64,000 nt of DNA, from positions 52,142,001-52,206,000 of the forward strand of contig NC_135657.1 of assembly GCF_964188315.1 (NCBI RefSeq). The letters run 5' to 3'. The position numbers and the translations under genes were made by a program. Positions 11,832 to 26,250 of the stretch are shown piece by piece (position 1 is the stretch's first letter; every line of letters starts with the position of its first letter). Source of the stretch: Podarcis muralis. Its lineage: Eukaryota. The notes beneath the pieces were generated by a model that had not been told where the DNA came from, made no database searches, and was given only the letters and a program-made list of their open reading frames with translations.

Positions 11832-14803
11832 CTCTAGTGTAACACTCTAAGATTGAATATAACAATCCAGGAAGGTTCCCCCAGGGACTGGCACATGGGA
11901 GCTGTCCAAGATTTGTAGGTCGCAGACCATATGGTTTTTTAAAAAACAAACAGAGATGATTTTAATTCTCATGTGAACATTAGTAATATGCATTTTCACT
12001 ACCTGTGTGTATGTGTGTGTAAAAGAGTAGTGCAGCAGCCTGTTTGGCAGTTTCTGCTGCTCTCGAGTCTACATCACTGTCGTATTAGTCTAAGCAGAAT
12101 GGAGCAGATTGTTTATTTTGGTTCAGCTGTGCTTCAGGCTGTAACATCAGATGTAGCTCCTACAGTGACAAATTCTAATTGCAGTGTCACAGATTAAACA
12201 AGGGCACAAAGGAGCCCCGCAAGCCTTTTTGCCCTCGTGGGAAGGAAAGGATTCTGTCGCTTTCTGTTTGCTAAAATTATTGTTGCTTGCATGACCCTGT
12301 GTGTAAACAGTCAAAAAAGAGCCTGGGTTTCCATATTCAAAGCACTGATTCTTCAATCCTCAGAAATATATTATTTTCCCCCCTGACCCCCTCACAATCC
12401 CCACCCCCTGGGTAAGCCTCTATATCCTTTAGATTAAAATTTTCTCAGAACTGCTGCACGGCATAACATGATGCATTGGTTGTTCTGTATGAAATTGTTA
12501 CCATATTGCTAAAAATTTATGTGATTTCTAATTACCTTTACATATCAGCTAACACCTGAAAGTTTAATAATTTCATCATTAAAATTAAAGCGAAGCAGAG
12601 GATTTATTTTTTTTAATTGCACTTGTTCATGCTCACCCTGTTGACATAACTGAAGGTGTTTTCTTCTTGCTAAAGAAAAGGCCTGCCAGTTCTAACAACC
12701 ACAGATAAGCTTTCTGCCTTTGAAATATCTATGACTCGTAACGTGAGTGACCTTTTACTATAAAAGTTGTCTGTATAAATAACTAGAGTAAACATGAAGG
12801 GAAATGCTTTCAAGGTCTAGGCAGCGGGGGGGGGGGTTGTGGGGGGAGCCTTGGCTGAGATTCCATTTAGTGCCTCTCAGAAGCAAACATACAGTATTAA
12901 CTGTGAAGGAAGAACTATGGACCCGTTCAGCAGACCGGGTTTACGCAAGTGGGTTGTACTCGGCTATAGTATTCCTTTTTCTCCGGGGATTTAAGCAGAC
13001 TAGTTCCGTGCAGGTCTGCAAACTCTGACATTAATCAATGCATTGCTTTAGGCGTGGGGAAACCTGTCACAGCTTCTGTTGGTTTCCCCTTCCCAATCCA
13101 AAGCACTTTCCAAAAGTAATCTCCAGAGAGTTGAAGGACAACCCCCGACCCACAGATCAGAGTGGAAGGAGTAATTGGCAGACATTGCCTCCTCTCCACT
13201 AGCAGCACATATAGTAGGATGGAACCATAGAGCTGATCTCCTGACACTGGAATTGCTGCTGCCTACCCAGACAGGCATGGGGTGGAGCAGCAGTGAGCTT
13301 GGTGCCAAGCAGGTGCAGTAATGGGAGTGTCAGACTGGCAGCAGTTCTCCTGCTGGTGCACCTGCATGGTCCCAATTTGCTTCTGGCCCACCTCAGTCAA
13401 CAGTGATACTGATGTTGGGAGGACAGCTTCACGGTTCTGCCCCATAACACATGGTACCACTGTCCCTATCCTCTACCGTTAGTAGATGCCTCCACTGGAT
13501 CAAAAGCCCTTTTGTGAGTGCAAAAGCACCAGTTGGGTTCTACCCATGCAACAGAATGACACCTACTGATGTCATAGATCAGTTCTTCAGGTTGACACTT
13601 TAAACAGCTCATTGGAACACTTCATATTGTGAACTTGTTGTGATTTGTAAACTAAAATTAGGTAGGCAGAACCAAGACTGTGGGTCATATCAGTGGCCAG
13701 AAGTCTGTGCTATTGGAAAGGTCCCATTTCACAGTAAAGTTACTATAAATGTGCACATTAATAGTGGCCTTCCATATCTATTTCTAGTGAGGAACATGGA
13801 ACTGAATAAATTACCAAGCATGGTAAAAGTTATTCATATTTGGTGGGAATACAGAGATGTAAAAAACAAAAAACAGCCACAAAACAGGACTTTAAAAAAC
13901 CCCACAAAAACTAATGAGGGTGCTGTGGGGGAGAGATACAGAAAATTCCCCAACCCTTGGATGGCCTAGTCCCTTTTCCTTCCATTCCTGCCCCCGCCTT
14001 TTATGTTGCAGAAAACTTCCTGGCTGGGGAAAAAGAAGAAGAAAAACTGCAAGTGACTAGGTTGCTCTTTATTTCTACAGTGTGTCAGCTGGAATGATGA
14101 TATGTCATTATTTAGCATCATTCCAGATGCATTGCTGGGGGGAAGGATGGCAGATCAGGCTGATCAACGTTGTTCCAACAGATGCATTACTGGGCAAAAT
14201 GGAAGGCTATTTGGCGATCACCATCAGCTGCTTTCAGCTGCTTCAAATGGCTGGGGAAATTTCTGTGAAAATAAATAAATAGCTACAACAACAACAAAAA
14301 CAGCAAGTAAGAAATTGATAGGAAAAGTTTTTGTAGTTCCACCTTTACTGGTAAACCCGCCCCCCCATACTTTAACTATTTAAAAATTTTCCCCTATACT
14401 CTGAGAATTTTAATGAAGAATGCTATTTCACAGGTTGTAGGTGGGGCTGCAAAAGTCGGAATGCATGTCATATTTGATAGCAATTAAGTCTTTCATGGCA
14501 GCTTGCACAACTGCTTGCTTATTATGGTAAAGTTATGTTTGATTTCACTCCATGCCATGGGAATATATATGTTCCTCAAGTTAATACAAAAGCTCAGGTG
14601 CTAGTGTCTATGCTGCAGTGCTGTAACTATTGTTTTTGTCTAGGGGTGGGATTTTCTGAAAATCTCGGTGTCAAACTTTTCTGCACAGATGTTTTCTAAT
14701 TCTTAACTTGACAAGAAACAAGTTTTTTTCCCCAAAAGTTCCTCTAAAATTATGAACTATTTTCATTTATTGCATGCCGTATTATACATATAATACTATA
14801 AGC

Positions 14804-15250
14804 CGGAGGTTTTCAACCTTTTTGGGTCCACAGCTCCCTTGACCAACTACATTCTTTTTGCGGCACCCCTGTGGGACTCAAGAGTCCAGTTATGTCACCT
14901 CTTACCTGCTGAGCCAGCAGCCCCTTTTTGAACCCCTCCCTTATGGAGCATTCCCTCAGCCTCATCTCCTCTCCCCTTTCCTTGGGAGTCCTCTGGGCAG
15001 CCACAGCTGCCTCCACAGGGGCCTGGGAAGCACTCCCTGGCCAGCCCCAGAAGCATCATTCACCTAAGGAGCTTGTAGCCAGGGCTGCTCCAACAAACAG
15101 CTGTGCAAGCCTTTGGGAGGCAGAGACACGAAAGGACATCAGAGGAAGGGAGGGAAGGAAAGAGGAACAGGGGCCAGTGTTGCCCGCTGCACCCCTGACT
15201 ATCATTCAAGGCACCCCAGGGTGCCACAGCACACTGGTTGAAAACCACTG
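14804..15250. mobile_element. hAT (Charlie-like) non-autonomous element, 447 bp
   Basis: TIRs are cggaggttttcaacc / ggttgaaaaccactg. The 8-bp TSD ctataagc is at 14796-14803 and 15251-15258. Confidence 0.85.
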
Positions 15251-17507
15251 CTATAAGCATTTATATTCCAGGTTTCCTAAAGAAACTAGCACATAAACGG
15301 AAACATACAACAATGCATACAACTGTTTAGAAAGATTTATGTATTAATACTTACAGAGTTGTGCTGCAGTACTACAAGGGGCTTGACTCTTTCATATGTC
15401 GTGTGTGTGTGTATGTGTATGCATGTTTGCATACAATTTTGCAATCTTTATTTTTAAAGGCAGCACCCAAGCAATTTTGACAAAAGCGGGCACTTAAATT
15501 ATGTTTATAAATCCCTTTACAACTGATTTCTCCTCCATTCCTAGTTTTGATTTTGATTTACTTTAAATAGATATCTTAACAGCAGCCTTCAAGCTTTTTT
15601 AGCTTGTTGTTTTTATCTATCTTTCTGTGATTCCCTAGTAACTGTAATATAAATAGTTTGTATTTTTAGACACTTGTATGGATTTCCCCCCCTTTTAAGT
15701 ACTCTTTTTAAGTCCACAAACAATAAATATGTACATTTCCCCACACTGAAATGACTAAAATAGTTCAGACACCCTTCCAGTGATTCTTTTTTGATGGTCT
15801 TGTCTTGCCAACAAATTTGAGTTCTGTCTTTGTAAGAACATTCCCTAATGCAAGGCAACACAAAGAACTGATGACTTATTGTAAGCAGTAGAGATTGTGT
15901 AGAATAGCATGGCCAGGGGCACAGCAAAGCTGATGGAGGATTTTTATTTTTATTTTGCAGCTGGAAAGGAAAGTCAATTGGAGCTACATTCAGCACATAT
16001 GACACTGTGCCCCAATTATGGTAGAATTGCTTGTTGAAGTATTTCACTGCCAATTGCAGAAATATGCATATGGAGAGAAACCATGTTTTATTACTTCCAT
16101 TTTAGAGTGCTTTGTATTTGTAAAGAGCTTTCCAATCACTTTTTAAAGAGAGACACAAATACCCCCTTCAAATAGTACATGTCACTATTTCCCCATGTTT
16201 TTGAGATGCCCTGTAGAATGGAGGGTTGTTGAAAATACGGTTATCAATTGGAGGGACCCCCCCAAACCCTAAAAAATTAATAAATGGTAGGATTTTGATT
16301 ATTTGGGATGTGAAGGGAGAAACACAAGCTGCAGAGGAATTCCTGAGCTAACCCATGGAAAAAACAACTAAGATCTGGCCAAGGTAGGGCCATTAAGAAA
16401 CAATACATGCCCATTGAGAGCCATTGGCAGTTCAAGACAACTGACCTCCCCCCTTTGCCCTGATGTGTGAACAAAGACTGGGGGTTTGTGAGGTGACAGG
16501 AAGAAAAAAGACTGTGATCCATTTTGGGTAGGGCTGGGAGAGATGCCTTGAACTCCATGGCTGCACTGCTGTGGGGGGCAAACCCTTCTTGAAATGACCA
16601 TGCTGTAAGATCTGGACTCCCTCCATGCAGACTGAAGAGGTAAATAGGCGAATAAACCATATTTCTTAAAGCTATAACAGTCTCTGCTGTGTCTCAATTC
16701 CCCAGAGGAACACAGACCCTGGGTGAGTGTCTGGAACCCCCTGAGATTGCTCGGCCGAGAATGGGGTGGCACCCCACTTTTGTAACAATACTTTTGTTCA
16801 GGAATTTAGGGACCCAGGAGGCTTGAAAGAGTACATAAAATGAAGCATTTGTGATTCTTAAATTTTAGAGTTTACCATTCTGCTTTACAGAAAATATTTA
16901 TTTTATTGCTTGTCTGAAGTTATTAAAATTGGGGCATCTCAGAAAATGTCTTTAAAAGGAACACATCAGCAAGCAAACTGTCAGCTGACAAGTCTGGGTA
17001 GAGGTGTTCTTTTTTTAAGCTGTTGTGTTCCCAGAGTGTGGGATACAGATATTTCTACACTTCTGTCACTTCATGTTTGACTTTAAAAGTAATATGTGAG
17101 GCAGAATTGGAGGGGGTGTAAACAGCTGACATGTCATGTGTACTTGGTGATGTGTCCTGAATACTAACAGTTTTGCTTCTAATCTGATAAGCCTCACCCC
17201 TCATTCCATGGCCATCTATAGTGAGGCCAGCTCACAGAGACAAGGTCCTTTCCTTAAGAGCGCTGGAACCCCATCTTGGTGCTGTTTCTAAAACCTGTGC
17301 TGCTTCAGTGCTCAAACAATTGCTTGTGGTTTGGTGATTTAAGATGTTTGACTACTGTTGCTTGATAATAAGAGACAGAGGAAATGTCATTGACTTCTCA
17401 CAAGTTTTAATAGACCTAGCTACTTTTTAAAAAGGGAGACAGTCTGCTTCCTTCTTACAGGTTTTCTTTAGGGAGAGAAAACCAAAATAGGCAGCAGCAG
17501 AACTGTA

Positions 17508-17733
17508 CAGTTGTACCTCGGGTTAAGAACTTAATTCGTTCTGGAGGTCCGTTCTTAACCTGAAACTGTTCTTAACCTGAGGTACCACTTTAGCTAATGG
17601 GGCCTCCCACTGCCACTGCGCCACCACCGTGCGATTTCTGTTCTCATCCTGAAGCAAAGTTCTTAACCCGAGGTACTATTTCTGGGTTAGTGGAGTCTGT
17701 AACTTGAAACGTCTGTAACCTGAGGTACCACTG
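17508..17733. mobile_element. Tc1/mariner-superfamily (pogo/Tigger-like) MITE, 226 bp
   Basis: TIRs are cagttgtacctcgggtta / taacctgaggtaccactg, with TA on both sides (17506-17507, 17734-17735). The subterminal motif ttcttaacc(t/c)ga is repeated. Confidence 0.9.
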
Positions 17734-18580
17734 TACTATTGATTGCCATGGGAAGAAAGGAGATAAACATTGTCGTGTGATATAATTAAAGTGTGTGGAC
17801 AATAGATGGGACACTGTGAGCCCGAAGAGATGGCTTCCATCCCAACACCAGTGCAACAGGACACCGCTGTGCTGTAGATTATACCCTAGTCATGATGCAC
17901 CTTGTAAGTGCCATGCAAATTATTATTATTATTATTATTTATACCCCACCCTTACAGTTGAGGCTAGAAAGATATTTCAAGTTTCTAGGAGTCAAACTCA
18001 GTGTTAAGAGCCAGCACCTCACAGAACTGAGAAGAGAGGTAAATTCCCAAGCATCAGTACCATAATTTTAGAAGTTTGGCCAACTGGGTTCCTTAGCTGC
18101 ATCCCTGCTTAGAGAGCATGGGGTGGGAGTGGAAATGGGCCTGGGCCACAACTGCCTTTCCTACATGGACTCCTCAGGTCCTTTCATTGTGGCAGTTCTG
18201 AGCATTAAACATTGTCTTCCTGGGTTTTTAAGTCCCTTTTAGCAAGAGGTTGTTTTCTTTTTCTCAGTTCAGTAGGAAGTGAAGTACCTAGAGGACGACA
18301 TTGTTTCACTTGGCAGTGATGGATTTAGCTGCCACATCGGCACATTAGCCAAAGTGGGATGGGCAGGATCAGGCTGTATAAATAAAGTGAGATTTTCTGT
18401 CAGACACTGAAACAAAATTTCTTTAAAGGTTTTATAAGGCTGACCACTCTTATTGGGGGGGGGGGGGACTTATATTAGTTGGTTTATCGGTTCCCCTATG
18501 GCCACTTCTTTCTTTTAACAACAACAAAAAATGTCTTTCAAACATAACTAGATGTGAAGTAGTCTTGTGTTCATTTGTGG

Positions 18581-18675
18581 ATGGACCATAGCTAAGTGGC
18601 AGAGCATCTGCTTTATGTTCAGAGACCCCAAGCTTAATCCCTGGCATCTCCACATAGAGCTAGGAATGTCTCCTC
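18581..18675 (+). mobile_element. Degenerate tRNA-derived SINE head (Squam2-like)
   Basis: ggaccatagctaagtggcagagcatctgcttt...aatccctggcatctcca is tRNA-Ala-like but decayed and runs on into a SINE body. Confidence 0.6.
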
Positions 18676-21592
18676 TTCTTAATGCATGTGTAGGCACATA
18701 TGGGAGCAAAAGTTCAAGGCTACATTGTGGAACTGGAGGCAAAGGGGGATAGAAGCTCAGCATTTCTCCAGTGTTCCCAAAACCTTTGATTGTTTTCAGT
18801 AAAAATAAGATAAAAAGAGAGGATGCCCCAGCTTAACTCTTATGTTCTTAAAAGGGTAGAGTTTGAAATACAGCATACTTTTCTCTGCCTTTCAAAAGAT
18901 AAATTTAGGTTTTTCAAGGGACAGTTTTCTTCCAAAAGTAATGACTAAATGTCATCTAAGTTTTAAAATAAAAATATTAAGTCTACTGATTTATTTAAGA
19001 AAGCGAAATTGGTTCCTATCCTTCAGGAAATAGCTTTAGCAATAATAAGGCCAAATTTATTTGCGTTCCACTTTCGTTTCAAAGGTGATAATTATAAACC
19101 ATGTTTTATTGCAAATCAAACTGGTAAGGAATATGCATTTCATTTAGCATCACCTACCAATGTAAATATAATTAAGCTTAATGAACTGTTGTTGCACCTC
19201 ATGCTCCAGAGATTTTAAAACAAATGTAAATGCCAAGAACCAAATATTTTTTTATTTTGAGATCAAAGAAATGTCCTTTTACTTCCATTTTAAAATGAAT
19301 GAATTAACATTTAACAATTAATTAACATTTTAAAAGGTTTGCAGTATTTTAAGCTCCTACCCTCAGGTTGAAATAACCTGGGGGCACAATCAAAAAACAA
19401 TTAAGCCCTTGTAGGTCCCATTGATTTCAGTAGTAAACATGCAGTGCAATCCTATGCCGTTTTACTCAGTTATAAGTCCCATTGCATTCAAGAAGGCTTA
19501 CGCTTTAGCAAGTTTGCTTTAGAATTCCAGCCGTAAGCAGGTACTTAACTCTCTCGCTTTGAAACCAGTCTAACTTCCAAGTACTTAATTTTGGTTGGAT
19601 GGCAAGAATATTGCATCACTCTCAGAGTCTGTTCTATTGGATAGAACCAGAGCCAGCTTTCACCTGAAGGTAGGAGGAATATGTCTTCCAATCTATCTCT
19701 AGCAGACACTGGTTCTTTTCATGCACATTGACCAGCCCCACCCCTGGATTTCCTCACTGCAAATGTTCATGCTGCATGTGCACATGCCAGGGGTCAGTGC
19801 TAGGCAACATACATGATGCTAGGAGGAGAGGGCTACGTGGCACAGCCACACTCACACATTGCTCTTGCGCTTGAGTATAACTTCTGAACAGAGCTACTCT
19901 ATTATGTGTGCAGGACTGAAGTCTCACACCTTTATCCTGGCTCTGGAAGTATGCCTCTTTTGTGGTTTTCAATTAACCACAGTGTAAATTGGCACATTTC
20001 TCCAAATGAGCATTACCTGTTTCTTACAAGAGTTTATTTCGTTGCTGGCCTATGATGTGACTGCTCATTTTTAAGTTCACATGGTAACCACAGCCAGCTG
20101 AATTAAAAGAGAGAGAAGTCTCAAGAGGAAATGGCATAAAAAGTGCCATGAATAAGTACTTCTTATATTTTCTGCAGTTTCTCTCCCCCCATCGCAGGGT
20201 CATGGAGAAGATAGGAGATGTAATCCATCACCATCTAGAGGGCCAAAGGTTATGCACTCCCAGGCTAGGGATACCTGGATTCACATTCTCATGCTGTGCT
20301 GAAGCTCACAAAATTGCCAGGGGGCAGTCACACTCAGTTGCTAAACTAGTTCACTTGAGTGGTAAGGATAAAAAACGGGAGGACCCACCTGCTATGTTGC
20401 TCCTATGAGCTCTTTGAAGATGGGCATCTAGCTCACAGTAGCCCACCAGCTCCCACATCTTGATCATAATGTTTTGGTGCTCAGCATTGAGACTGGGAGC
20501 TAAAAAACATAGTCTGCTAGGGTGGCGATGACCTTTTAAGAGTGTTCTCTATGTGCATCCTTATGTGTATGTGTGTGAGAGAGAGAGGGAGGGAGAATTG
20601 TGTGCCTGCAGGAGTGGTAAGTGTGCACTTTGTGATCTGCATTCGGGAAATGCATGTGCATGCTACATGTCAGATGTCTCTCTGTGTGCACATACCATTG
20701 GCCATGTTCACCACCAGCATGTGTCTCTCGGGGGGGGGGGGTGACTGACCATCAATACAGCTGCCAGGTTGAAAAAAGTTAAGCCACCCCTGCTCTAGAA
20801 GAACACTGAACCAACCATAGTAAAGCCAATTGATTTCAATGGGTGGACTTATGTGTTGTTCTATTGAAAATCCATAGCGTCCTTAACATTATCTGGATCA
20901 TTCCCCACTCCCTGGCATGTTTATGTTGTCTTTCCACCACTACCGCTCTCCACTGTAGCTTGAATGGGAACTTTATGTCTTTGTGAAGTATCTGTTCTGA
21001 ATCAAGCTGATTTCTACTGAAAATAGAAGAGAGGTAATGGAAGAGTTTAAAAGTATTTCATTCAAAACACTTTTAGTTATGTGAAGGAATCTTGGGGGCA
21101 TAGAAACATTTTATCTAGAAGGGCTCAAGATGGGAGCTACAATGATAATAGTAGTTCTATAACTTTTTATAGGCCACAAGGGGTGTGCTGTGGGTGATGG
21201 TTGGCAACTTATCTGATCTCTGGAAGCAGCTGAACTATTGAAGCCAAGCGTAAAGTTTGTCTGTAAAAGACAAAGTGCCAGTATCTGCTTTGGTAAAACT
21301 TCTCCAAGGAACAGAGCAGTTACATAATTCACCTTGCCTTTCAGTTAAAAGATAAAGTTTCATCCACACACTTCTGCTGCTGTGAAAATCCTTGGAATCT
21401 AAGGGCTCAACTGGACAGTGAATGCAAACATATGTAATAAAACCCTGATGAATGCTTCTTCTATTGTTAGTAGTAGCTATAGGTGGGAACAATTTGTAGT
21501 GAACATGCTTAACCCTGGCCTTGGCCACCACTTCCCCACTTCCAACCTCTGCACCATGCTGCTTTACTCTCTGTAGGCTTCCAGACATGTTT

Positions 21593-21729
21593 AACACCCT
21601 CCAACATTTATCCAATGAAAACAGGGACCTCCTAAGGAAAAGCGGGACATTGCAGGATCAAATCAGAAACCAGGATGGCTTCTCTAAATCTGGGACGTCC
21701 CTAGAAAATAGGGACACTTGGAGGGTCTG
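21593..21729. mobile_element. Short non-autonomous DNA transposon (hAT-like MITE)
   Basis: Imperfect TIRs are accctccaacatt / acacttggagggtctg, with repeated internal gggac motifs. The TSD is not clean. Confidence 0.55.
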
Positions 21730-22499
21730 TCATGCTGAAATTTTCTCTTGCATACAACAAAGTTACAGGGCCCTGTCTTCTTTTGTATATTGTCACGATT
21801 TCTGTCATATATTTGTAACTGGAGTCCCATGTGCTTTTATTACCAATCACTGGCATGTGAAAAGGAAAGGTTGGTCAGATATAACTTGAATGGTGAGCTG
21901 GTAATTCGTTCCCTATCCTCTGAACAGATGTACATAAGCAAAATTTATTCCCCCCCCTTTAAAAACAGCACTGTAAGTAAATGTAGGTTAGCTTACAGCT
22001 GTTCTGAGCTGTTCATCATCTCCCATTTATGAAGATGTGTCAGATGGTACGAGGCCAAACTCACAAAATGAATACTATTTTTAGCAGAACATCTCACAGT
22101 TGTGTAGTTTGTCAGATGTGCAATTTTACAGATTTAGGCTGTGTTCTTTGGTTTGCTTACCCTGAAGTAATCCCAGTGAAGTAAATAGGATTATTTTGGA
22201 GAATGGCTTTTCAGGATTCCTCTGTGAGATAGCAATGGAAAAGGCAGGGACATTAAGTCTTATGATTTTGAAACACCCCATCTGTGTGGAATGTGGCTGC
22301 TATTTTGAGAAATTCACTGAGCATTTGGTTCCTGTGTTGTATGAAACTGATTTAGACATTCATAAATAGAGCAGATGAAGTCTTCATGAGACTATGCTGC
22401 TTTAGAATACATGTGGGAATTCATCTTTGTAGTGGCATTCTACTGGTTGTTGAAGATGCACCTCTTTACCAAAGGCATCCCCTTGATCTCATGTTTCCT

Positions 22500-22700
22500 G
22501 TTTTAATTGTTGGGCTGTGATTTTTTATTGTATATTTTAGTAATGAACATTATATTTTAATTTTTTCATGAAATTGTTGTATTGTGTATTTTAATTATGA
22601 TGTATTTTTTAATTATCCTGTCCTTAGCACTGTGCGATTGGTTTTCATGTTTTGTAAGCTGCTTAGAAGCTATCTGGGCATTAAGCAGTATATAAATAAT
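22500..22700 (+). mobile_element. L2-type LINE 3' tail remnant
   Basis: A T-rich tract is followed by tgtaagctgcttaga...aagcagtatataaat, the typical squamate L2 end. Confidence 0.45.
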
Positions 22701-24479
22701 ATTTTATATTATGCTTCTAATTGTTAAAATCATAGGTTAAACTCTCATGGTTATGGGAAATATCTCAGGGAAACTTCCTTAATATTCAGAGAGCTAAGAG
22801 GTAATTTCTTTAGTGCACATGTGAGAAAACTGTAGTGTTCAGATGTTGTTATGGTCTGGAATGCTGGGAGCACCATTTGGCAGGGCACACACTAGCTAAT
22901 CTTGCTTTAATGGCAGTAAATTTCAACAGATAGTGTCTGGCCTGGTCCAAAGAGGGGGGGGGGCACTGGGTGTTTAGGTGAAAGCTGCCTTCAGGTATCA
23001 CTGAGTAATGATAAAGAATGAAGTTGGGCTATATAAACAATTACCATGATCATGTAAATTGCTAAGGTAGAAATAAAATTTTAACTTTCGCTATTGCTAC
23101 ACCAGCCTTTCTTCTCTATCAAGTATGAGAGAATGAATCCTCTGTTGAATGTTTATCATATATCCGATTTGGTGGTGATAAATGTGATTTTGAGGTTAAC
23201 AAATGTGATTTTGGGGTTATATGTGTGAACATAGCGTCCTTGATTTTCTGGAGTTTGGGTGTATTTATTCATTTGCAGATTTATTTCCAGTGATGTGTCT
23301 CATCTTGAAAAATGCTTACTAACCTCCTGTGGATGTTAACAGATAAAATTGTTTTGGAAGAGTATAGAGATCCTCCAAAATTGAAAACGATTTTATGGTG
23401 CTTATATGGAAAGCTTTTGAAGCTAGGAGAAGATTGCTAAAACCAATAAAAAATACGTTAATGGGAAACTCTTGGGCATTTTATAATAAATATAGCCCTC
23501 TTGGGCGAAGGATGAGCAGCAGCACATTTATTTATTCCACAGCAACAGACTCTATATGTCTATTTCTGCCTCACTGAATGTAATCCTTGAGAGTCAACCA
23601 TATAGACATATCCCTCTTTTTTATTATTATTTGGTTAAGATATTTGATAGAGGGGTGAGAAAAATCCAATCGTCACCTACAAATAACCCCAGGGATTTTC
23701 ACAGGTTCAATCACATTTTTTCCCCCTTTACAAATATCTGCAGGCTTTAGCTACTTCTGAAGCATTTCAGAATAGTGATGTCAACTTGCTGGTTTTTAAT
23801 GTGACATTCTCTTTAACCTCAGATTGCTTGGTCTCTCTCACCCACCCCTTCACCGAGACTGAAGGTAATGGACTAACAGGCGAGCAAGCTAACTCAAGGT
23901 TTTCATAAGCAGGCAGTGAAAGATGTAGCTTTGCAATCCTCTATTGTGTCTGCAGGTAATTCCATATGCTAAAAAGCTTCTTGCATTCCTAGCCACTGGA
24001 CTGTCTCTCAATACATTAATAACACCTGTCACGAGATTTTGAGATATACTCAAACAATTTATTTCCCAGTGGGGCTCTTATCTAAACAAGATCAGTCTTC
24101 ATATCTTTCTCCGTTTAGCCAGGATTCTGTAGCAGCAGCATATTATCCATGGCTTGCTGTTCCTCAGCTGAGGGCCAGGGCTGGGGGAGGAAAGATGTAC
24201 AGAATTATAATACCTCCCACCACAGCTTCTTTTTAATTGATTTCCCATCAAGTCCATACTGATAATATAAAGGGACGGGGAGAAAACACGGGTATTGAGT
24301 TTTACCTCTCCCCTTTTCTTTGCCAAGGCACAACAATAGTTTTAGTAGTAGGGTTAATGGACAGTCAGGGGTCTCAGGTTCTGTGTCAGATTCCCCTGAA
24401 AATGATACACATTTGCTTTCAAAAAACTAAAACAGAGGTAGTGGGTGTATTTCATAGGAAGCTTCTTTATGCCACCCTT

Positions 24480-24642
24480 GCATCATCTATCTCAGTATTG
24501 TCAGCACTGACTGGCAGCATCTCTCCAGCATCTGTTTCTGATAAGGTCTTTTCCTGCCCTTACCTGGAGATTCTTGGGGCAGGGGTTTGAACCTGCACCT
24601 TTTGCATGCAGAGAATATGTTTCACCTCTGAACTACAGCCCC
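24480..24642 (-). mobile_element. Squam2-like tRNA-derived SINE, degenerate
   Basis: The minus strand reads ggggctgtagttcagagg...tgcatgcaaaaggtgcaggttcaaaccc...ctccaggtaagggcaggaaaagacc...gccagtcagtgctgacaatactgag. Confidence 0.65.
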
Positions 24643-25970
24643 TCCCTTCCTGTTTTAATCAGGTAGGTCTATTTGCTCACCTGCTTAAAAGAACTATCCC
24701 TTGCTACTGAGGAATGGTTTCTGCAGGTAGTTAGAATGCTACTAAAACAACCCAATAGATGTTTTGTGTATGTACCTCTATGTCAGGCAGTTCTCCCAGT
24801 TGCATTCCTAGCTGAGAGCTGGAAATGCCTCAACATATTACCTGTGAGAAGAAGGCTCTCTTCATTCCATTTCCTAAGTAGATTAAACAAATGTGAACTG
24901 TTTCTTTCTCAAAAGCCTTGTTAACACAAGCAAATGTAAGATTGAGTACAGGAGGTGGTGGTGATTTTGGTGGAAGGCCCGTCCGCAGCCTACCCTTCAT
25001 TCACGGGCTTTCTTCTTCTTTTTTCTTTGCACATAATTGTCTGTTGTCATAGAAAACCACAAGATGGGATGAAGGCCCTGTGTCAAAACTAGGCTATACA
25101 TGTATATCTGCTCCACTTTCAGTCAACTTTAGACAGAAAAAAGTGAGGCTGCAATCCTAACCTCACTTACCTGGGACTGAAGTAAGCCCCACTGTATTCA
25201 ATAGGACCTACTTCTGAGTAGACATGATTTCAGCCTAAGTGTGTTTGAGGGCATAGCTGGAAGCATTTGAACTGTCGGCAGAGTTATAATGAGGCCCCGC
25301 CTGTGATTGAATAAAACCCACAAGTATGAAAGTGGCTGTTCTCATGCAGTCCTCAACCTGTGTGCTTGGAAGTCAGCCCCACTGAGTTTAATGGCATCTG
25401 CTCCCAATAAGTGAATGCAGCAGGATTGCAGCCTCGGTTCTTCAGGGACTACATCAGCTACAGTTTCTGAGATCTGCTGAGTATTCTGTCTGCTGCCTGT
25501 CTCTTTTTTTATATAAATCAGAACAGCAAGTGGTCAACTAATAAGGATTAGTAGTGGGGAGGTTTTATTTAATTCAGTTTGTAAGCTGCTTTATTCTGCA
25601 AAAATCCCTTAAAACACTGAGATTATATTTTTAATGGTACCAACACACTACCTTGAAATCTACAGTGTATGAGGCTTTTTAAGGATATTCTGAAAGAAGA
25701 TTATGCACGGAATATTTTGCTTCACTGAAGACAAAAGGACACACACTGAAATAAGGGGGACTTGCAAGTTAAGTGTAATTCGGATATTACCCCATATGGT
25801 GACTTCCAAATTATACCTGGGTGTTTTAATTTATTGAGTGGCTGATAAGTTTATTCTTGAAAGGAAGCGAAAGACTTGAGCAGGTCATCCCTAATGACAA
25901 TGATTGCTACTTTCCATTATATGGCAGGACATGTGCCATTGTGTAGCTTCCTCTTGGATGCACTGCCACT

Positions 25971-26250
25971 TAGAACCATAGACTCATAGAGCTGGAAGGG
26001 GCTCCAAGGGTCATCTAGTTCAGCCCCTTGCAATTCAGGAATCTCAGCTGAAGCATCCAAGACAGATGGCCATCTAACCTCTGCTTAAAAACCTCCAAGG
26101 AAAGAGAGTCCACAACCTCCTGAGGGAGACGGTTCCACTGTGGAACAGCTTACTGTCAGAAAGATTTCCCTTATGTTTAGTGGCTTCTCCTCTCTTTTAA
26201 CTTGAAGCCATTGGTTTGAGTCCTACCCTCCAGAGCAGGAGAAAACAAGC
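25971..26250 (-). mobile_element. CR1 3' end fragment
   Basis: The + strand reads tagaaccatagactcatagagctggaagg...aaaaacctccaagg...cttactgtcagaaag, the reverse complement of a CR1 ORF2 end and 3' UTR. Confidence 0.85.

Noticed and set aside
13040-13970. GC-richer stretch with several 65-109 aa ORFs
   Set aside because: I recognised no domain, splice structure or terminal repeats. It may be an old repeat but this cannot be supported.
15613-16772. ORFs of 127-146 aa on the minus strand
   Set aside because: They have no recognisable motifs and overlap in several frames, as expected for chance ORFs.
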